Shown: positions 8,996-20,152, counted from the first letter of the stretch. The stretch is 64,000 bases of DNA from Diaphorobacter ruginosibacter (GCF_040396215.1 NZ_JBEBOW010000002.1:9437-73436), one strand, 5' to 3'. The notes: generated by a model from the letters alone, not told the origin. Program-made: numbers and translations.

Positions 8996-10339
8996 TCAGG
9001 AGCCGACACGCTCGCTGTGCAGCGCGAGATCGAGCCCGAGACGCTCGGCCTCCTCGTCCACTCGCAGGCCGATCAGGCTGTCCACCAGCCAGAACAGCAC
9101 CGCCGTCGCCACCAGCGTGAAGGCGCCCACGGCCAGCACGCCGACAGCCTGCGTGACCACGCTGCCCTGGACACCGGCAATGTCGGCGTCGGCGAACAAG
9201 CCCGTCAGCAGCGAACCCACAATGCCGCCCACGCCGTGCACGCCGAACACATCCAGCGAATCGTCAGCGCCCAGCATGCGCTTGAGGCTGGTGGCACCCC
9301 AGTAGCACGCCACACCAGCCACCCCGCCGATGATGAGCGCCGAGCGTGGCGTGACGAATCCCGCCGCCGGGGTGATGGCCACCAGCCCGGCGACCAGCCC
9401 CGAGCACAATCCCAGCAGCGAGGTCTTGCCGCGCACCAGGTACTCGGCCGCCATCCATCCCAACGCGCCCGCGCTGGCGGCGATGTGGGTGACGGAGAGC
9501 GCCAGCGCGGCGCGACTGTCGGCGGCCAACGAAGAACCGGCGTTGAAGCCGAACCAGCCGATCCACAAAAGAGACGCCCCCATCATGGTGAAGCCCAGGT
9601 TGCAGGGCTCGAACGCCTCGCGGCCATAGCCGCGGCGCGCGCCGAGCATCCACGCACAGACCAGTCCCGCAATGCCCGCATTCACGTGGACCACCGTGCC
9701 GCCCGCGAAATCAAGCGCTCCCATGCGGGCCAGCCACCCGCCCGGCTCCCAGACCCAATGCGCGATCGGCGCATAGACGAGCAGGCTCCACAGCCCCACG
9801 AACACCAGCATCGCCCCGAAGCGCATGCGCTCCACCCAGGCGCCCACCAGAATGGCCGCCGTGATCACGGCAAAAGCCAGCTGGAACGTGGCGAAGGCCG
9901 CTTCCGGCAAATGGGGGGCAAGATGGCTGACCGCCACTTTCTGGTGCATGGCGCTGAAGTCCAGCCCGGCGAACCAGGCACGCGAGCCGGAACCGATCCA
10001 GCCCCCGCCCGGGGTGAACGCCAGCGAATACCCCAGCGCAAACCACAGAATGCTCACCAGGGCGGCAATCGCCACCACGCCGGCCATCGTGTTGAGCACG
10101 TTCTTGCGGCGCACCATTCCTGCGTAGAACAGCGCGATCCCGGGAAGCGTCATGAGGAGCACCAGAATAGTGGCGGTCATCACCCAGGCCGTATCGACCG
10201 CACTGACTTCACTCAATGGCGCCATCGCGGGAGCGTTGAGAGGAGCTGCCGGCAGCTCACATGGAAAAATACCCAGAACGCAAGCCCCAAAACTCCACAA
10301 AACCCGGCTTTTGCCGCCATGCTTCTTGTGCTTCGTCAT
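8996..10339 (-). CDS. amtB: ammonium transporter
   Basis: Typical Amt motifs: DTAWVMTATILVLLMTLPGIALFYAGMVRRKN, AVDFAGGTVVHVNAGIAGL, DDSLDVFGVHGVGGIVGSLLTGLF. An N-terminal signal-like segment is present. Confidence 0.93.
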   Translation of the reverse strand: MTKHKKHGGKSRVLWSFGACVLGIFPCELPAAPLNAPAMAPLSEVSAVDTAWVMTATILVLLMTLPGIALFYAGMVRRKNVLNTMAGVVAIAALVSILWFALGYSLAFTPGGGWIGSGSRAWFAGLDFSAMHQKVAVSHLAPHLPEAAFATFQLAFAVITAAILVGAWVERMRFGAMLVFVGLWSLLVYAPIAHWVWEPGGWLARMGALDFAGGTVVHVNAGIAGLVCAWMLGARRGYGREAFEPCNLGFTMMGASLLWIGWFGFNAGSSLAADSRAALALSVTHIAASAGALGWMAAEYLVRGKTSLLGLCSGLVAGLVAITPAAGFVTPRSALIIGGVAGVACYWGATSLKRMLGADDSLDVFGVHGVGGIVGSLLTGLFADADIAGVQGSVVTQAVGVLAVGAFTLVATAVLFWLVDSLIGLRVDEEAERLGLDLALHSERVGS

Positions 10340-10379
10340 AACTCACCGTGTATCAATGATTACGATATGTAATCAAGAT

Positions 10380-10395
10380 CGCACAAGTCATGCCA
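10380..10395 (-). promoter_or_regulatory. candidate sigma54 (-24/-12) promoter of amtB
   Basis: The reverse strand reads TGGCAT-GACTT-GTGC, against consensus TGGCAC-N5-TTGC. The GG and GC elements have correct spacing, about 40-55 nt upstream of the amtB ATG. Confidence 0.5.
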
Positions 10396-10475
10396 AGACT
10401 TGTCACTCGGGCGCTTCCGTGAATGGAGTGGCGTCGGGACGGACGCGCTCCAAAATAGGGTGGGGAAATCACCAA

Positions 10476-10492
10476 TGCACTATCAATGTGCA
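10476..10492. promoter_or_regulatory. candidate NtrC-type enhancer dyad TGCAC-TATCAAT-GTGCA
   Basis: 17-bp dyad matching 11 of 14 defined positions of TGCACCA-N3-TGGTGCA. It lies about 90 bp upstream of the candidate sigma54 promoter. Confidence 0.4.
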
Positions 10493-10615
10493 ACGATTAC
10501 AGTTACCTTACTCGAAAGCGCGCCTCGGCACGCAGCGAGGGGACCGAGGAGACGCGACAATTCAAAGAACACTATTCAAATTATTCGGAGCATCCCCATA
10601 AGATGCCAATTCACC

Positions 10616-10645
10616 AAGACGCCGCATAGCCGGCGTCTTTTTTTT
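10616..10645 (+). terminator. rho-independent terminator-like hairpin with no upstream plus-strand CDS (orphan)
   Basis: AAGACGCCG-CATAGC-CGGCGTCTT followed by a T run (about 8 T) on the plus strand. It lies 65 nt upstream of the TSUP gene ATG. Confidence 0.6.
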
Positions 10646-10653
10646 GGGGCCTG

Positions 10654-10669
10654 TTGCGGAATTCCGCAA
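10654..10669. promoter_or_regulatory. perfect 16-bp palindrome TTGCGGAATTCCGCAA upstream of the TSUP gene
   Basis: Read directly. It lies about 42 nt upstream of ATG 10711 and could be an operator or an RNA hairpin. Confidence 0.3.
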
Positions 10670-10710
10670 TAGGCCATGTTCCGCAGCCGGGCGGTGAGAC
10701 AATCCTCCCA

Positions 10711-11469
10711 ATGGAATGGATCATCGTCTCGCTGGCCTCGATGCTGGCCGGTTTCGTGGACGCTATCGTGGGCGGCGGCGGACTGATTCTCGTGCCCGCG
10801 CTGTTCGCCACCTTTCCCGCCGCGCCGCCCGCGACCTTGCTGGGCACCAACAAAAGCGGCTCCGTCTGGGGCACGGCCATTGCCACATTGCAATACAGCC
10901 GCAAGGTGCGCATCCGCTGGCACGCCATGTGGCCGGCCGCCGTGGCGGCCCTGGTGGGCTCGTTTCTGGGCGCATGGGCTGTCACGTTGATTTCCGGTGA
11001 ATTCCTGCGCAAGCTGCTGCCCTTCATCCTGATCTGCCTGCTGCTGTACACGCTGGCGAAGAAGGAGCTTGGCAAAAACCACGCGCCGCGCTTCGAAGGC
11101 CGCCGCGAAGTGGCGATCGCCTGCGCCATCGGCCTGACGGTGGGCGCCTACGATGGTTTTTTCGGCCCTGGAACCGGCAGCTTCTTCATTTTCCTGTTCG
11201 TTCGCCTTCTCGGCTACGACTTCCTGAACGCCTCGGCGTCGGCCAAGCTGATGAATCTGGCGAGCAATGCGTCGGCGCTGGTGCTGTTCGGCCTCAAGGG
11301 ACATATCTGGTGGCACTACGCCGTTGCGCTGGCGGTCTCCAACGTCATCGGAAGCCTGGCGGGAACCCATCTCGCGCTCAAGCATGGCGCGGGTTTCGTG
11401 CGCGGCATCTTCATTCTCGTGGTGAGCGCGCTGATCCTGAAGACCGGCTACGACGCTTTCCTGCGCTGA
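10711..11469 (+). CDS. TSUP (TauE/SafE) family anion exporter membrane protein
   Basis: MEWIIVSLASMLAGFVDAIVGGGGLILVPAL is typical of the family. The protein is polytopic and about 252 aa. The start was trimmed from 10654. Confidence 0.85.
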   Translation: MEWIIVSLASMLAGFVDAIVGGGGLILVPALFATFPAAPPATLLGTNKSGSVWGTAIATLQYSRKVRIRWHAMWPAAVAALVGSFLGAWAVTLISGEFLRKLLPFILICLLLYTLAKKELGKNHAPRFEGRREVAIACAIGLTVGAYDGFFGPGTGSFFIFLFVRLLGYDFLNASASAKLMNLASNASALVLFGLKGHIWWHYAVALAVSNVIGSLAGTHLALKHGAGFVRGIFILVVSALILKTGYDAFLR

Positions 11470-11502
11470 CCCGGGCATATCGCCCCTGCCGTCAGTGCGG
11501 CA

Positions 11503-13458
11503 TCAGGGGATTGGCGGCTCGTTGGAGGCAACCGGGATGTCTTCCGCCCGGCGCGGCGTGCCGATCGGCGCGGTGGCCTGGCCCTTGGACACCGCGGCCA
11601 GATCCGCCTCGCTCGGGTACTGGCCCATCAGCCAGTAGTCGAACACCCGCCGCACGATGGGGCCCGCCGCCGCCGCGCCGAAGCCCGCGTTCTCCACGAT
11701 CACGGCGACGGCGATGCGTGGCTCCTCCAGCGGCGCGAAGGCTGCGAACAGCGAATGGTCGCGCTTGTGCTCGTCCATCAGCTTGGCGTTGTATTTCACG
11801 TTCTGCCCCAGGCTCACCGCCTGCGCCGTGCCTGTCTTGCCGCCGGAGGTGTATTGCGCGCTGGCAAACAGGCGCGCGCCGGTTCCGACCTTGTTCACCA
11901 GGCCCAGCGATTTGTGGATGATGTCGATGTTCTTCGGATCGTAGCCAAGCGGTGTGCCGGGCTGCTGCTGGATATCGGAGACCTTGCCGGTCACCGCATC
12001 CTTGGTGGCCTTGGCGATGTGCGGCGTGAAGCGCGTGCCGCCGTTGGCGAGCGTGGCCTCGGCCGCCGCGAGCTGCAGGATGGTGAAGTTGTTGTAGCCC
12101 TGGCCGATGCCCAGCGAAACCGTCTCGCCCGAATACCAGCGCTTCATCTCGGGGCGCTTGTAGGTGTTGCGCTTCCACTCCGTGCTGGGCAGCGTGCCGC
12201 GCACCTCGCCATTGAGGTCAATGCCGGTGATCTGCCCGAAGCCCAGCGGCTTCATGAAGTCGTGGATCATGTCCACGCCCATGTCCACGGCAAGCGAATA
12301 GAAATAGGTATTGCTCGAGTACTGGATCGCGCGGTACATGTCCACGCCGCCCAGGCCGCCCTCGTGGCTGCGGAAGGTACGCCCGCCGTAGTTGAAATAG
12401 CCGGGGTCGCTGTAGACCTGCGTGGGCGAGCGCTTGTGCAACTGCAGCGCCGCCAGGCCCATGAAGGGCTTGTAGGTCGAGCCCGGCGGGTAGGTGCCGC
12501 GCAGCGCGCGGTTGAGCAGCGGTTTGTTGATGGACTCGTTGAGCGCCTGCCAGTTCTCCTGGTCGATGCCTTCCACGAAAAGGTTGGGGTCGAACGTGGG
12601 CTTGCTCACCAGGGCCAGGATTTCGCCATTGCGCGGATCCATCGCCACCAGCGCGCCACGGCGGTCGCCGAACATGTCCTCCACCAGCTTCTGCAGCTTG
12701 ATGTCCACCGAGAGCATCACCGTGTCGCCCGGTGTCGCCGCGAAGCTGGCCAGGCGGCGCACCGCGTGGCCGCCCGCCGATGTCTCGAGCCGCTCCACGC
12801 CGGTGTGGCCATGCAGCGTGGACTCGTAGGACGACTCCACGCCGAGCTTGCCGATGTAGTCGGTGCCCCGATAGTTGGCCGAATCATCCGAGTCCTCGAT
12901 GCGCTCCTTCTCGCGCTGGTTGATGCGGCCGATGTAGCCGATCAGGTGGCTTCCCGTCTCGCCGAGCGGATAGCTGCGGAACAGGCGCGCCTTGATGTCC
13001 ACTCCCGGGAAACGGTAGCGCTGCGCCGCGAAGCGCGCCACTTCCTCGTCGGTCAGGCGCGTGCGGATCGGAATCGATTCGAAGCTCTTGGAGTCGTCCA
13101 TGAGCCGGCGGAACTTGCGCCGGTCGCGCGAGCTGATGTCGACGATCTTCGACAGATCCTCGATGGTGTCATCCAGGTTGGAGACCTTCGAGCGCGTGAT
13201 CTCCAGCGTATAGGCTGAATAGTTGGATGCGAGCACGACACCGTTGCGGTCCAGGATCAGGCCGCGATTGGGAACGATGGGCACGACGGCCGTGCGATTG
13301 CTCTCGGCCTGTTCGGCCAGATCCTCGTGGCGCACCACCTGCAGCACGAGCAGCCGCGCGACGATGAGCAGGAATGCCAGCAGGACCAGGAACCCGACGA
13401 CGATCACCCGCAGACGAAAGCGGGAGACGTCGGCCTCTACGTTTCGCAATTCAGTCAT
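11503..13458 (-). CDS. mrdA: penicillin-binding protein 2 (elongasome transpeptidase)
   Basis: TM anchor, PBP dimerisation region, and motifs STYKP (GSTYKPFM), SSN (YSSNTYF) and KTGTAQ. It lies downstream of mreBCD. Confidence 0.93.
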   Translation of the reverse strand: MTELRNVEADVSRFRLRVIVVGFLVLLAFLLIVARLLVLQVVRHEDLAEQAESNRTAVVPIVPNRGLILDRNGVVLASNYSAYTLEITRSKVSNLDDTIEDLSKIVDISSRDRRKFRRLMDDSKSFESIPIRTRLTDEEVARFAAQRYRFPGVDIKARLFRSYPLGETGSHLIGYIGRINQREKERIEDSDDSANYRGTDYIGKLGVESSYESTLHGHTGVERLETSAGGHAVRRLASFAATPGDTVMLSVDIKLQKLVEDMFGDRRGALVAMDPRNGEILALVSKPTFDPNLFVEGIDQENWQALNESINKPLLNRALRGTYPPGSTYKPFMGLAALQLHKRSPTQVYSDPGYFNYGGRTFRSHEGGLGGVDMYRAIQYSSNTYFYSLAVDMGVDMIHDFMKPLGFGQITGIDLNGEVRGTLPSTEWKRNTYKRPEMKRWYSGETVSLGIGQGYNNFTILQLAAAEATLANGGTRFTPHIAKATKDAVTGKVSDIQQQPGTPLGYDPKNIDIIHKSLGLVNKVGTGARLFASAQYTSGGKTGTAQAVSLGQNVKYNAKLMDEHKRDHSLFAAFAPLEEPRIAVAVIVENAGFGAAAAGPIVRRVFDYWLMGQYPSEADLAAVSKGQATAPIGTPRRAEDIPVASNEPPIP

Positions 13459-13500
13459 GATGGGCGCATTCCATGGGTGGCCGGGCGGGAGGCAGACGCA

Positions 13501-14016
13501 TCAAAGCGGACGATTTTCGTCCGGATCGGGCGGACGCCGCTGCGGCGCAAGCAGGATCCACGTGGCGAATGGCCACAGCACCGCTTCGAGCGCAGGGGCG
13601 ATCAGACCCTCGATGCCAGGCAAAGTTCCTCCCGAAATCAGGCGCACCACCAGCTCGACCGCATGCGCGCCCAGGAACAGCGGCACCATCTGCAGCGCCT
13701 GCAGCCACACGTTGAACCACAGCATGCGGCGGCTGGACATCTGGGCCGCATACATCAGCAGGCAGTACACCAGCGCGTGCTGGCCGAGCAGCGCCGACTG
13801 GCTCACGTCCATGCACAGCCCCAGGATGAAGGCCACGCTCATGCCGACCCGCTGCGGCTGGTGAATTCCCCAGAATGCCAGCAGCACCATCAGCCAGTCG
13901 GGCGTCCAGACCACGCGGCCGAGCGGCAGCAGATTGACCGCGAGCCCCACGAGAAAGCTCACCACGATGAACAGCGGGCTGACGGGAAGCAGCAGTTGCT
14001 GGCCCTTGGGCATCAT
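13501..14016 (-). CDS. mreD: rod shape-determining protein MreD
   Basis: 171-aa polytopic membrane protein in the canonical position between mreC and mrdA. Confidence 0.85.
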   Translation of the reverse strand: MMPKGQQLLLPVSPLFIVVSFLVGLAVNLLPLGRVVWTPDWLMVLLAFWGIHQPQRVGMSVAFILGLCMDVSQSALLGQHALVYCLLMYAAQMSSRRMLWFNVWLQALQMVPLFLGAHAVELVVRLISGGTLPGIEGLIAPALEAVLWPFATWILLAPQRRPPDPDENRPL

Positions 14017-14083
14017 GATGCGAAGCCCTCCCGAGCGGATGCGCGGCGCAGGGCGCGCGAAGTCATCGTCCTCATCGTCCGCA

Positions 14084-15055
14084 TCACGGCCTGCTCCCTT
14101 TCGAGGCCCGGCCGGGCAGATCCCTGGCCGCCTGCGGCTTGTCGGCCTTGCCGGACTTGGGCGCCGGCACTTCCGCCTCGACTTCCGTTCGCACGCCGTC
14201 CGTCAGCGGTTTGAGAACGGAGACATATTGCGCGCCGCTCATCTGCGCCAGCGGCTGGCAATAGATGCGCGAGAACGAGGAATCGGCACGCTTTTCCACC
14301 TTGGTGACGCGGGCCACGGGCAGCCCCGGCTGGTAGACGCCGTCCATGCCGCTGGTGCTGAGCATGTCGCCCTCCTGCACATCGGCATTGCTGGGCATGA
14401 AGCGCAGCTCCATGCCGCCGCCATGGCTCATCACCGGGTCGCCATAGGCCACGCCGCGCGCGCCTGTGCGCATGTTGCGCACGGGAATCGCCTGGTCGCG
14501 GTCTATCAGCAGCGTCACCTCGCTGGAGAGCGGAAAAACGCGCGTGACCTGCCCAAGCACGCCCGAGGCGTCGATGACCGGGGAGCCGGGCACCACGCCC
14601 GCCACCTGCCCCCGGTCGATGACGACGCGGCGGGTGTAGGGATCGGCCGCGTCGTACACCACCTGCGCGGCCATGCCCTCGGCCTGGACGCGCTCGCGCA
14701 GCTCCAGCAACTGGCGCAGCTGGGTGTTTTCCTGCAAAAGCAGCTCCACCTGATTGGCCTGCTGCGACATCGCCGCCATCCGGCTCTGGGCTTCGTCGCG
14801 GCCCCGCTGCGCATCCTCGAGGGACTGGTAATAGCCCGCGCCATATTGAGCGAACTCCACCGGCTTGAGCATGACCCACTGGATGGGCATGAGCACCGTG
14901 CCGATCGCATTGCGGATGGGTTCGGTGACGTGGAACCGGGCGTCCGCCACCATCAAAAACAGCGCCAAGGCGCTGTAGAAAGTCAGGCGTGCGAGCGGAG
15001 AAGGGCCGTGCTTGAAGAGTGACGGTGCCTTGCGGTCGAGCGTGCCTAGTGGCAT
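14084..15055 (-). CDS. mreC: rod shape-determining protein MreC
   Basis: Trimmed to ATG 15055 (MPLGTLDRKAPSLFKHGPSPLARLTFYSALALFLMV). It has a coiled-coil segment then beta domains (VIDASGVLGQVTRV, GMDGVYQPGLPVARV). Confidence 0.9.
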   Translation of the reverse strand: MPLGTLDRKAPSLFKHGPSPLARLTFYSALALFLMVADARFHVTEPIRNAIGTVLMPIQWVMLKPVEFAQYGAGYYQSLEDAQRGRDEAQSRMAAMSQQANQVELLLQENTQLRQLLELRERVQAEGMAAQVVYDAADPYTRRVVIDRGQVAGVVPGSPVIDASGVLGQVTRVFPLSSEVTLLIDRDQAIPVRNMRTGARGVAYGDPVMSHGGGMELRFMPSNADVQEGDMLSTSGMDGVYQPGLPVARVTKVEKRADSSFSRIYCQPLAQMSGAQYVSVLKPLTDGVRTEVEAEVPAPKSGKADKPQAARDLPGRASKGSRP

Positions 15056-15110
15056 GGCCCGCTCCGTCGGATTGCACTGCCCGCGTCCACCACGCTCACC
15101 GCTCTTTCGG

Positions 15111-16154
<1,044 letters not shown>

Positions 16155-16662
16155 TCAAGAATCCTCTCAGGCACGGCAGGCAACATCGGCGTGCCGTCGC
16201 CAGGAAATACGGGGAAATTTTGGCCTTTTTCGCACAATGACCAACTGTGCGGAGGGTATTGCGATAAAGCGGGAATAATACCGCAACACCTGTGAATAAC
16301 TTCCCTCTAAATTGCTCATGATTGGGCTTTACACACAGTTTCCTTGCCGATGGGAAGCCCGGGAACCGTCATCAATTGCTTCCTTCCCGACGGATGACGG
16401 CGTCCGCACCAAAACGGGGATCGATGAAAAACAGCCGGACGATGCCCCGCGCGCGCCTCAGGCCGTTCCCGATCCCCTGCGGGGCGCCGGTATTTTCAGC
16501 CTTTGACCGGGCACGGATCGCGGCCTTGCGCCCCCACGCGGCGGGCGCGGCGCGCAAAGGCGGGATAATAGGCAGCTTCCCCTTCGCCCATCCCACGGCC
16601 GCACGCATCCACCGCGCCGCCCGCATGTGGATGGCAGGGTCGACTTCCCGCAAAAGACTTCT

Positions 16663-16962
16663 ATGGCACTGACACAAGACGACATTGCCCGCATTGCCAA
16701 TCTGGCACGGCTGGAACTCAATCCCGACGAGAGTGAGCGCATGCTCTCGGGTCTCAACCAGTTCTTCGAGGTGGTCGAGCAGATGCGCGCCGTCGATACG
16801 TCCGGCGTATCGCCCCTGTCCCACCCCGTGGCCGCGGTCAGGGACATCGAACTGCGCCTGCGAGAGGACGTCGTGAGCGAGTCCGATCAACGCGAGGCCA
16901 ACCAGAAGAGCGCGCCGGCGGTGGAAAAGGGCATGTTCCTCGTTCCCAAGGTGATCGAGTAA
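16663..16962 (+). CDS. gatC: Asp-tRNA(Asn)/Glu-tRNA(Gln) amidotransferase subunit C
   Basis: [19 protein letters not shown]... 99 aa, upstream of gatA. The start was trimmed from 16627. Confidence 0.93.
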   Translation: MALTQDDIARIANLARLELNPDESERMLSGLNQFFEVVEQMRAVDTSGVSPLSHPVAAVRDIELRLREDVVSESDQREANQKSAPAVEKGMFLVPKVIE

Positions 16963-17091
16963 TACGGCGCCTGCATCCCGGCCCGAAGGGAGCCAGAGTC
17001 GGAAAAATCCGATTTCCGCGAAACCGCTGCGGGGCGTGGCGCCACGTGAGCATGGCGATCGAGCCGAACGCACAACGAATACGAGAACGCA

Positions 17092-18570
17092 ATGAGCACT
17101 TCTTCCCATGAATTGCATGATCTGAGCCTTGCCCAACTGGCCGCCAGGCTCAGGGCACGCGAGGTTTCCTCCGTCGAGACAGCGCAGCACTTTCTTGCCC
17201 GCGCCAAGGCCCACGGCGAACTGGGCGCATTCGTCCATATCAACGAAGAGGTGACGCTCGCGCAGGCCCGGGCCGCCGACGCGGCGATCGCCGCGGGCAC
17301 CGACGCCCGGCTGGCGGGCGTGCCGATCGCGCACAAGGATCTGTTCGTCACCAGGGAGTTCCCGACCACCGCCGCGTCGAAGATGCTCGCCGGCTACCAG
17401 TCGCCCTTCGACGCGACCATGGTGACCCGGCTGGCCGAGGCCGGCTGCGTCACCCTGGGCAAGCTCAACATGGACGAGTTCGCCATGGGCTCGGCCAACG
17501 AGAACTCGGCCATCGGCAAGGTGCTCAACCCTTGGGACAGGACACGCGTTCCCGGCGGCTCCTCGGGCGGGTCGGCGGCGGCGATCGCGGCACGCCTGGC
17601 TCCGGGCGCGACCGGCACCGACACCGGCGGCTCGATCCGCCAGCCGGCATCGTTTTGCGGCATCACCGGCATCAAGCCGACCTACGGCCGCGCCAGCCGC
17701 TACGGCATGATCGCGTTTGCTTCCAGCCTCGACCAGGCCGGCCCGATGGCCCGCACCGCCGAGGACTGCGCGCTGATGCTCTCGGCCATGTGCGGCCCCG
17801 ATGCGGACCGCGACTCCACCAGCCTGGACACACCCGCCGAAGACTTCACGCTCAAGCTCAATGACTCGCTGGACGGCCTGCGCATCGGCATCCCCAAGGA
17901 GTTCTTCGGCGACGGCCTGTCCGCCGACGTGCGCGCGGCCATCGACGGCGCGCTCAAGGAGTATGAAAAGCTCGGCGCCCGGCTCGTGCCCATCAGCCTG
18001 CCGCGCACCGAACTGTCGATCCCGGTGTACTACATCATCGCGCCCGCGGAAGCATCGTCCAACCTCTCGCGCTTCGACGGCGTGAAGTTCGGCCACCGCG
18101 CCAGGGACTACACCGACCTGGAGAGCATGTACAAGAAGACCCGCGCCGAGGGCTTCGGCGACGAGGTCAAGCGCCGCATCATCATCGGCACGTACGTGCT
18201 CAGCCACGGCTACTACGACGCCTACTACCTGCAGGCGCAAAAGATCCGCCGCATGATCGCCGACGACTTCCAGGCCGCCTTCAGGGAATGCGACATCATC
18301 GCCGGTCCCGCCGCTCCCACCGTCGCGTGGGCGCTGGGCGGCAAGAGCGACCCCCTGGCCAATTACCTGGCCGACATCTACACCCTGCCCGCCTCGCTCG
18401 CCGGCCTGCCCGGCATGAGCGTGCCCGCCGGCTTCGGCGAAGGCGGCATGCCCGTCGGCCTGCAGCTCATCGGCAACTACTTCGGCGAGGCGCGCCTGCT
18501 CAACGCGGCGCACCGCCTGCAGCAGGCAACCGATTTCCATCTGCGCCAGCCCACGGGCCTGGCCCGGTAA
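17092..18570 (+). CDS. gatA: Asp-tRNA(Asn)/Glu-tRNA(Gln) amidotransferase subunit A
   Basis: Amidase signature [12 protein letters not shown]. 492 aa. Confidence 0.97.
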   Translation: MSTSSHELHDLSLAQLAARLRAREVSSVETAQHFLARAKAHGELGAFVHINEEVTLAQARAADAAIAAGTDARLAGVPIAHKDLFVTREFPTTAASKMLAGYQSPFDATMVTRLAEAGCVTLGKLNMDEFAMGSANENSAIGKVLNPWDRTRVPGGSSGGSAAAIAARLAPGATGTDTGGSIRQPASFCGITGIKPTYGRASRYGMIAFASSLDQAGPMARTAEDCALMLSAMCGPDADRDSTSLDTPAEDFTLKLNDSLDGLRIGIPKEFFGDGLSADVRAAIDGALKEYEKLGARLVPISLPRTELSIPVYYIIAPAEASSNLSRFDGVKFGHRARDYTDLESMYKKTRAEGFGDEVKRRIIIGTYVLSHGYYDAYYLQAQKIRRMIADDFQAAFRECDIIAGPAAPTVAWALGGKSDPLANYLADIYTLPASLAGLPGMSVPAGFGEGGMPVGLQLIGNYFGEARLLNAAHRLQQATDFHLRQPTGLAR

Positions 18571-18593
18571 CCGGCAGGAAGGACGACAGGAAC

Positions 18594-20048
18594 ATGACCG
18601 AAAAGACCATCAAGCTGATCAATGGCTACGAAGTGGTGATTGGCTTTGAAACCCACACCCAGCTCGCCACCCATTCCAAGATATTCAGCCGCGCCAGCAC
18701 CGCCTTCGGCGCGGAGCCCAACACCCAGGCCTGCGCCGTGGACCTGGCGCTGCCCGGCACGTTGCCGGTGATGAACAGGAAGGCCGTCGAATGCGCGATC
18801 AAGCTGGGCCTGGCGCTTGGCTCGCACATCGCGCCCGTGAGCATCTTCGCGCGCAAGAACTATTTCTATCCCGATCTGCCCAAGGGCTACCAGATCAGCC
18901 AGTTTGAAATTCCCGTGGTGCAGGGCGGCTCGGTGAGCTTCTTCGTCGGCGAGGAGAAGAAGACCGTGCGCCTGGTGCGCGCGCACTTGGAGGAAGACGC
19001 CGGCAAATCCGTGCACGATGAGTTCATCGGCCAATCCGGCATCGACCTGAACCGCGCGGGCACGCCTCTGCTGGAGATCGTCACCGAGCCCGACATGGGC
19101 AGCACCGAGGAAGCGGTTGCGTACGCCAAGGAGCTGCACAAGATCGTCACCTGGATCGGCATCTGCGACGGCAACATGCAGGAAGGCTCGTTCCGCTGCG
19201 ACGCCAACGTCTCCGTGCGCAAGCCCGGCCAGCCGCTGGGCACGCGCCGGGAGATCAAGAACCTGAACTCCTTCAGGAACATGCAGATCGCCATCGACTA
19301 CGAAATCCGCTGGCAGATCGAGGAGCTCGAAGACGGCCGCGCCATTCAACAGGCGACGGTGCTGTTCAACCCCGACACCGGCGAGACCCGCGCCATGCGC
19401 ACCAAGGAGGACAGCGCGGACTACCGCTACTTCCCCGACCCCGACCTGCCGCCGCTGCACGTGGCCGCCGAATGGGTGGAGCAGGTCAGATCCGGGATGC
19501 CGGAGCTGCCGCGCCAGCGCGCCGAGCGCTTCGTCGGGCAATACGGCCTGCCCGAATACGACGCCACTACGCTCACGCAAAGCCAGGCCATGGCCGACTA
19601 CTTCGAAGCCGCCGCCCAGGCCTGTGGGCAACCCAAGCTGGCGTCCAACTGGGTGATGGGCGAAATCTCGCGTCGCCTGAACCTCGAAGAAATCGGCATG
19701 GAACAGGTGAAAGTGTCCGCCGCCCAATTGGGCGCGCTCATCCAGCGCATCCAGGACGGCACCATCAGCAACAACGCCGCCAGGCAGGTGTTCGAGGCGC
19801 TGTGGAGCGGCGAAGGCTCCGAAGTCGATGCCGTGATCGAGGCCAAGGGGCTCAAGCAGATGAACGACACGGGCGCGCTCGAGAAGATCATCGACGAGGT
19901 GATCGCCGCGAACCCCGCCAACGTGGAGCAGTACAAGGCCGGCAAGGACAAGGCGTTCAACGCGCTCGTCGGACAGGTCATGAAAGCATCCAAGGGCAAG
20001 GCAAACCCCGGACAGGTCAACGAACTGCTGAAGGCGAAACTGGCCTGA
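18594..20048 (+). CDS. gatB: Asp-tRNA(Asn)/Glu-tRNA(Gln) amidotransferase subunit B
   Basis: [14 protein letters not shown] and [10 protein letters not shown] motifs. Trimmed to ATG 18594, preceded by GGAAGGA. Confidence 0.97.
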   Translation: MTEKTIKLINGYEVVIGFETHTQLATHSKIFSRASTAFGAEPNTQACAVDLALPGTLPVMNRKAVECAIKLGLALGSHIAPVSIFARKNYFYPDLPKGYQISQFEIPVVQGGSVSFFVGEEKKTVRLVRAHLEEDAGKSVHDEFIGQSGIDLNRAGTPLLEIVTEPDMGSTEEAVAYAKELHKIVTWIGICDGNMQEGSFRCDANVSVRKPGQPLGTRREIKNLNSFRNMQIAIDYEIRWQIEELEDGRAIQQATVLFNPDTGETRAMRTKEDSADYRYFPDPDLPPLHVAAEWVEQVRSGMPELPRQRAERFVGQYGLPEYDATTLTQSQAMADYFEAAAQACGQPKLASNWVMGEISRRLNLEEIGMEQVKVSAAQLGALIQRIQDGTISNNAARQVFEALWSGEGSEVDAVIEAKGLKQMNDTGALEKIIDEVIAANPANVEQYKAGKDKAFNALVGQVMKASKGKANPGQVNELLKAKLA

Positions 20049-20111
20049 TCCCTCTTTTTCTCTTTTTTCCACCAGGATCGGCTGCCCGGGCAGCGCGGCC
20101 AAATACAGAAG

Positions 20112-20146
20112 AAAACCATCCGTCTTCGGACCGATGGTTTTTTCTT
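20112..20146 (+). terminator. rho-independent terminator after gatB
   Basis: AAAACCATCCGTC-TTCG-GACCGATGGTTTT (one internal mismatch) followed by TTTCTTTTCTT. Confidence 0.65.
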
Positions 20147-20152
20147 TTCTTA

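Noticed and set aside
10400-10672. 90-aa plus-strand ORF in the amtB-TSUP intergenic region
   Set aside because: It reads straight through a strong intrinsic terminator and a 16-bp palindrome, which is implausible for coding sequence.
16372-18540. 722-aa minus-strand ORF
   Set aside because: It is antisense to gatC/gatA, which are unambiguous. No motifs were recognised.
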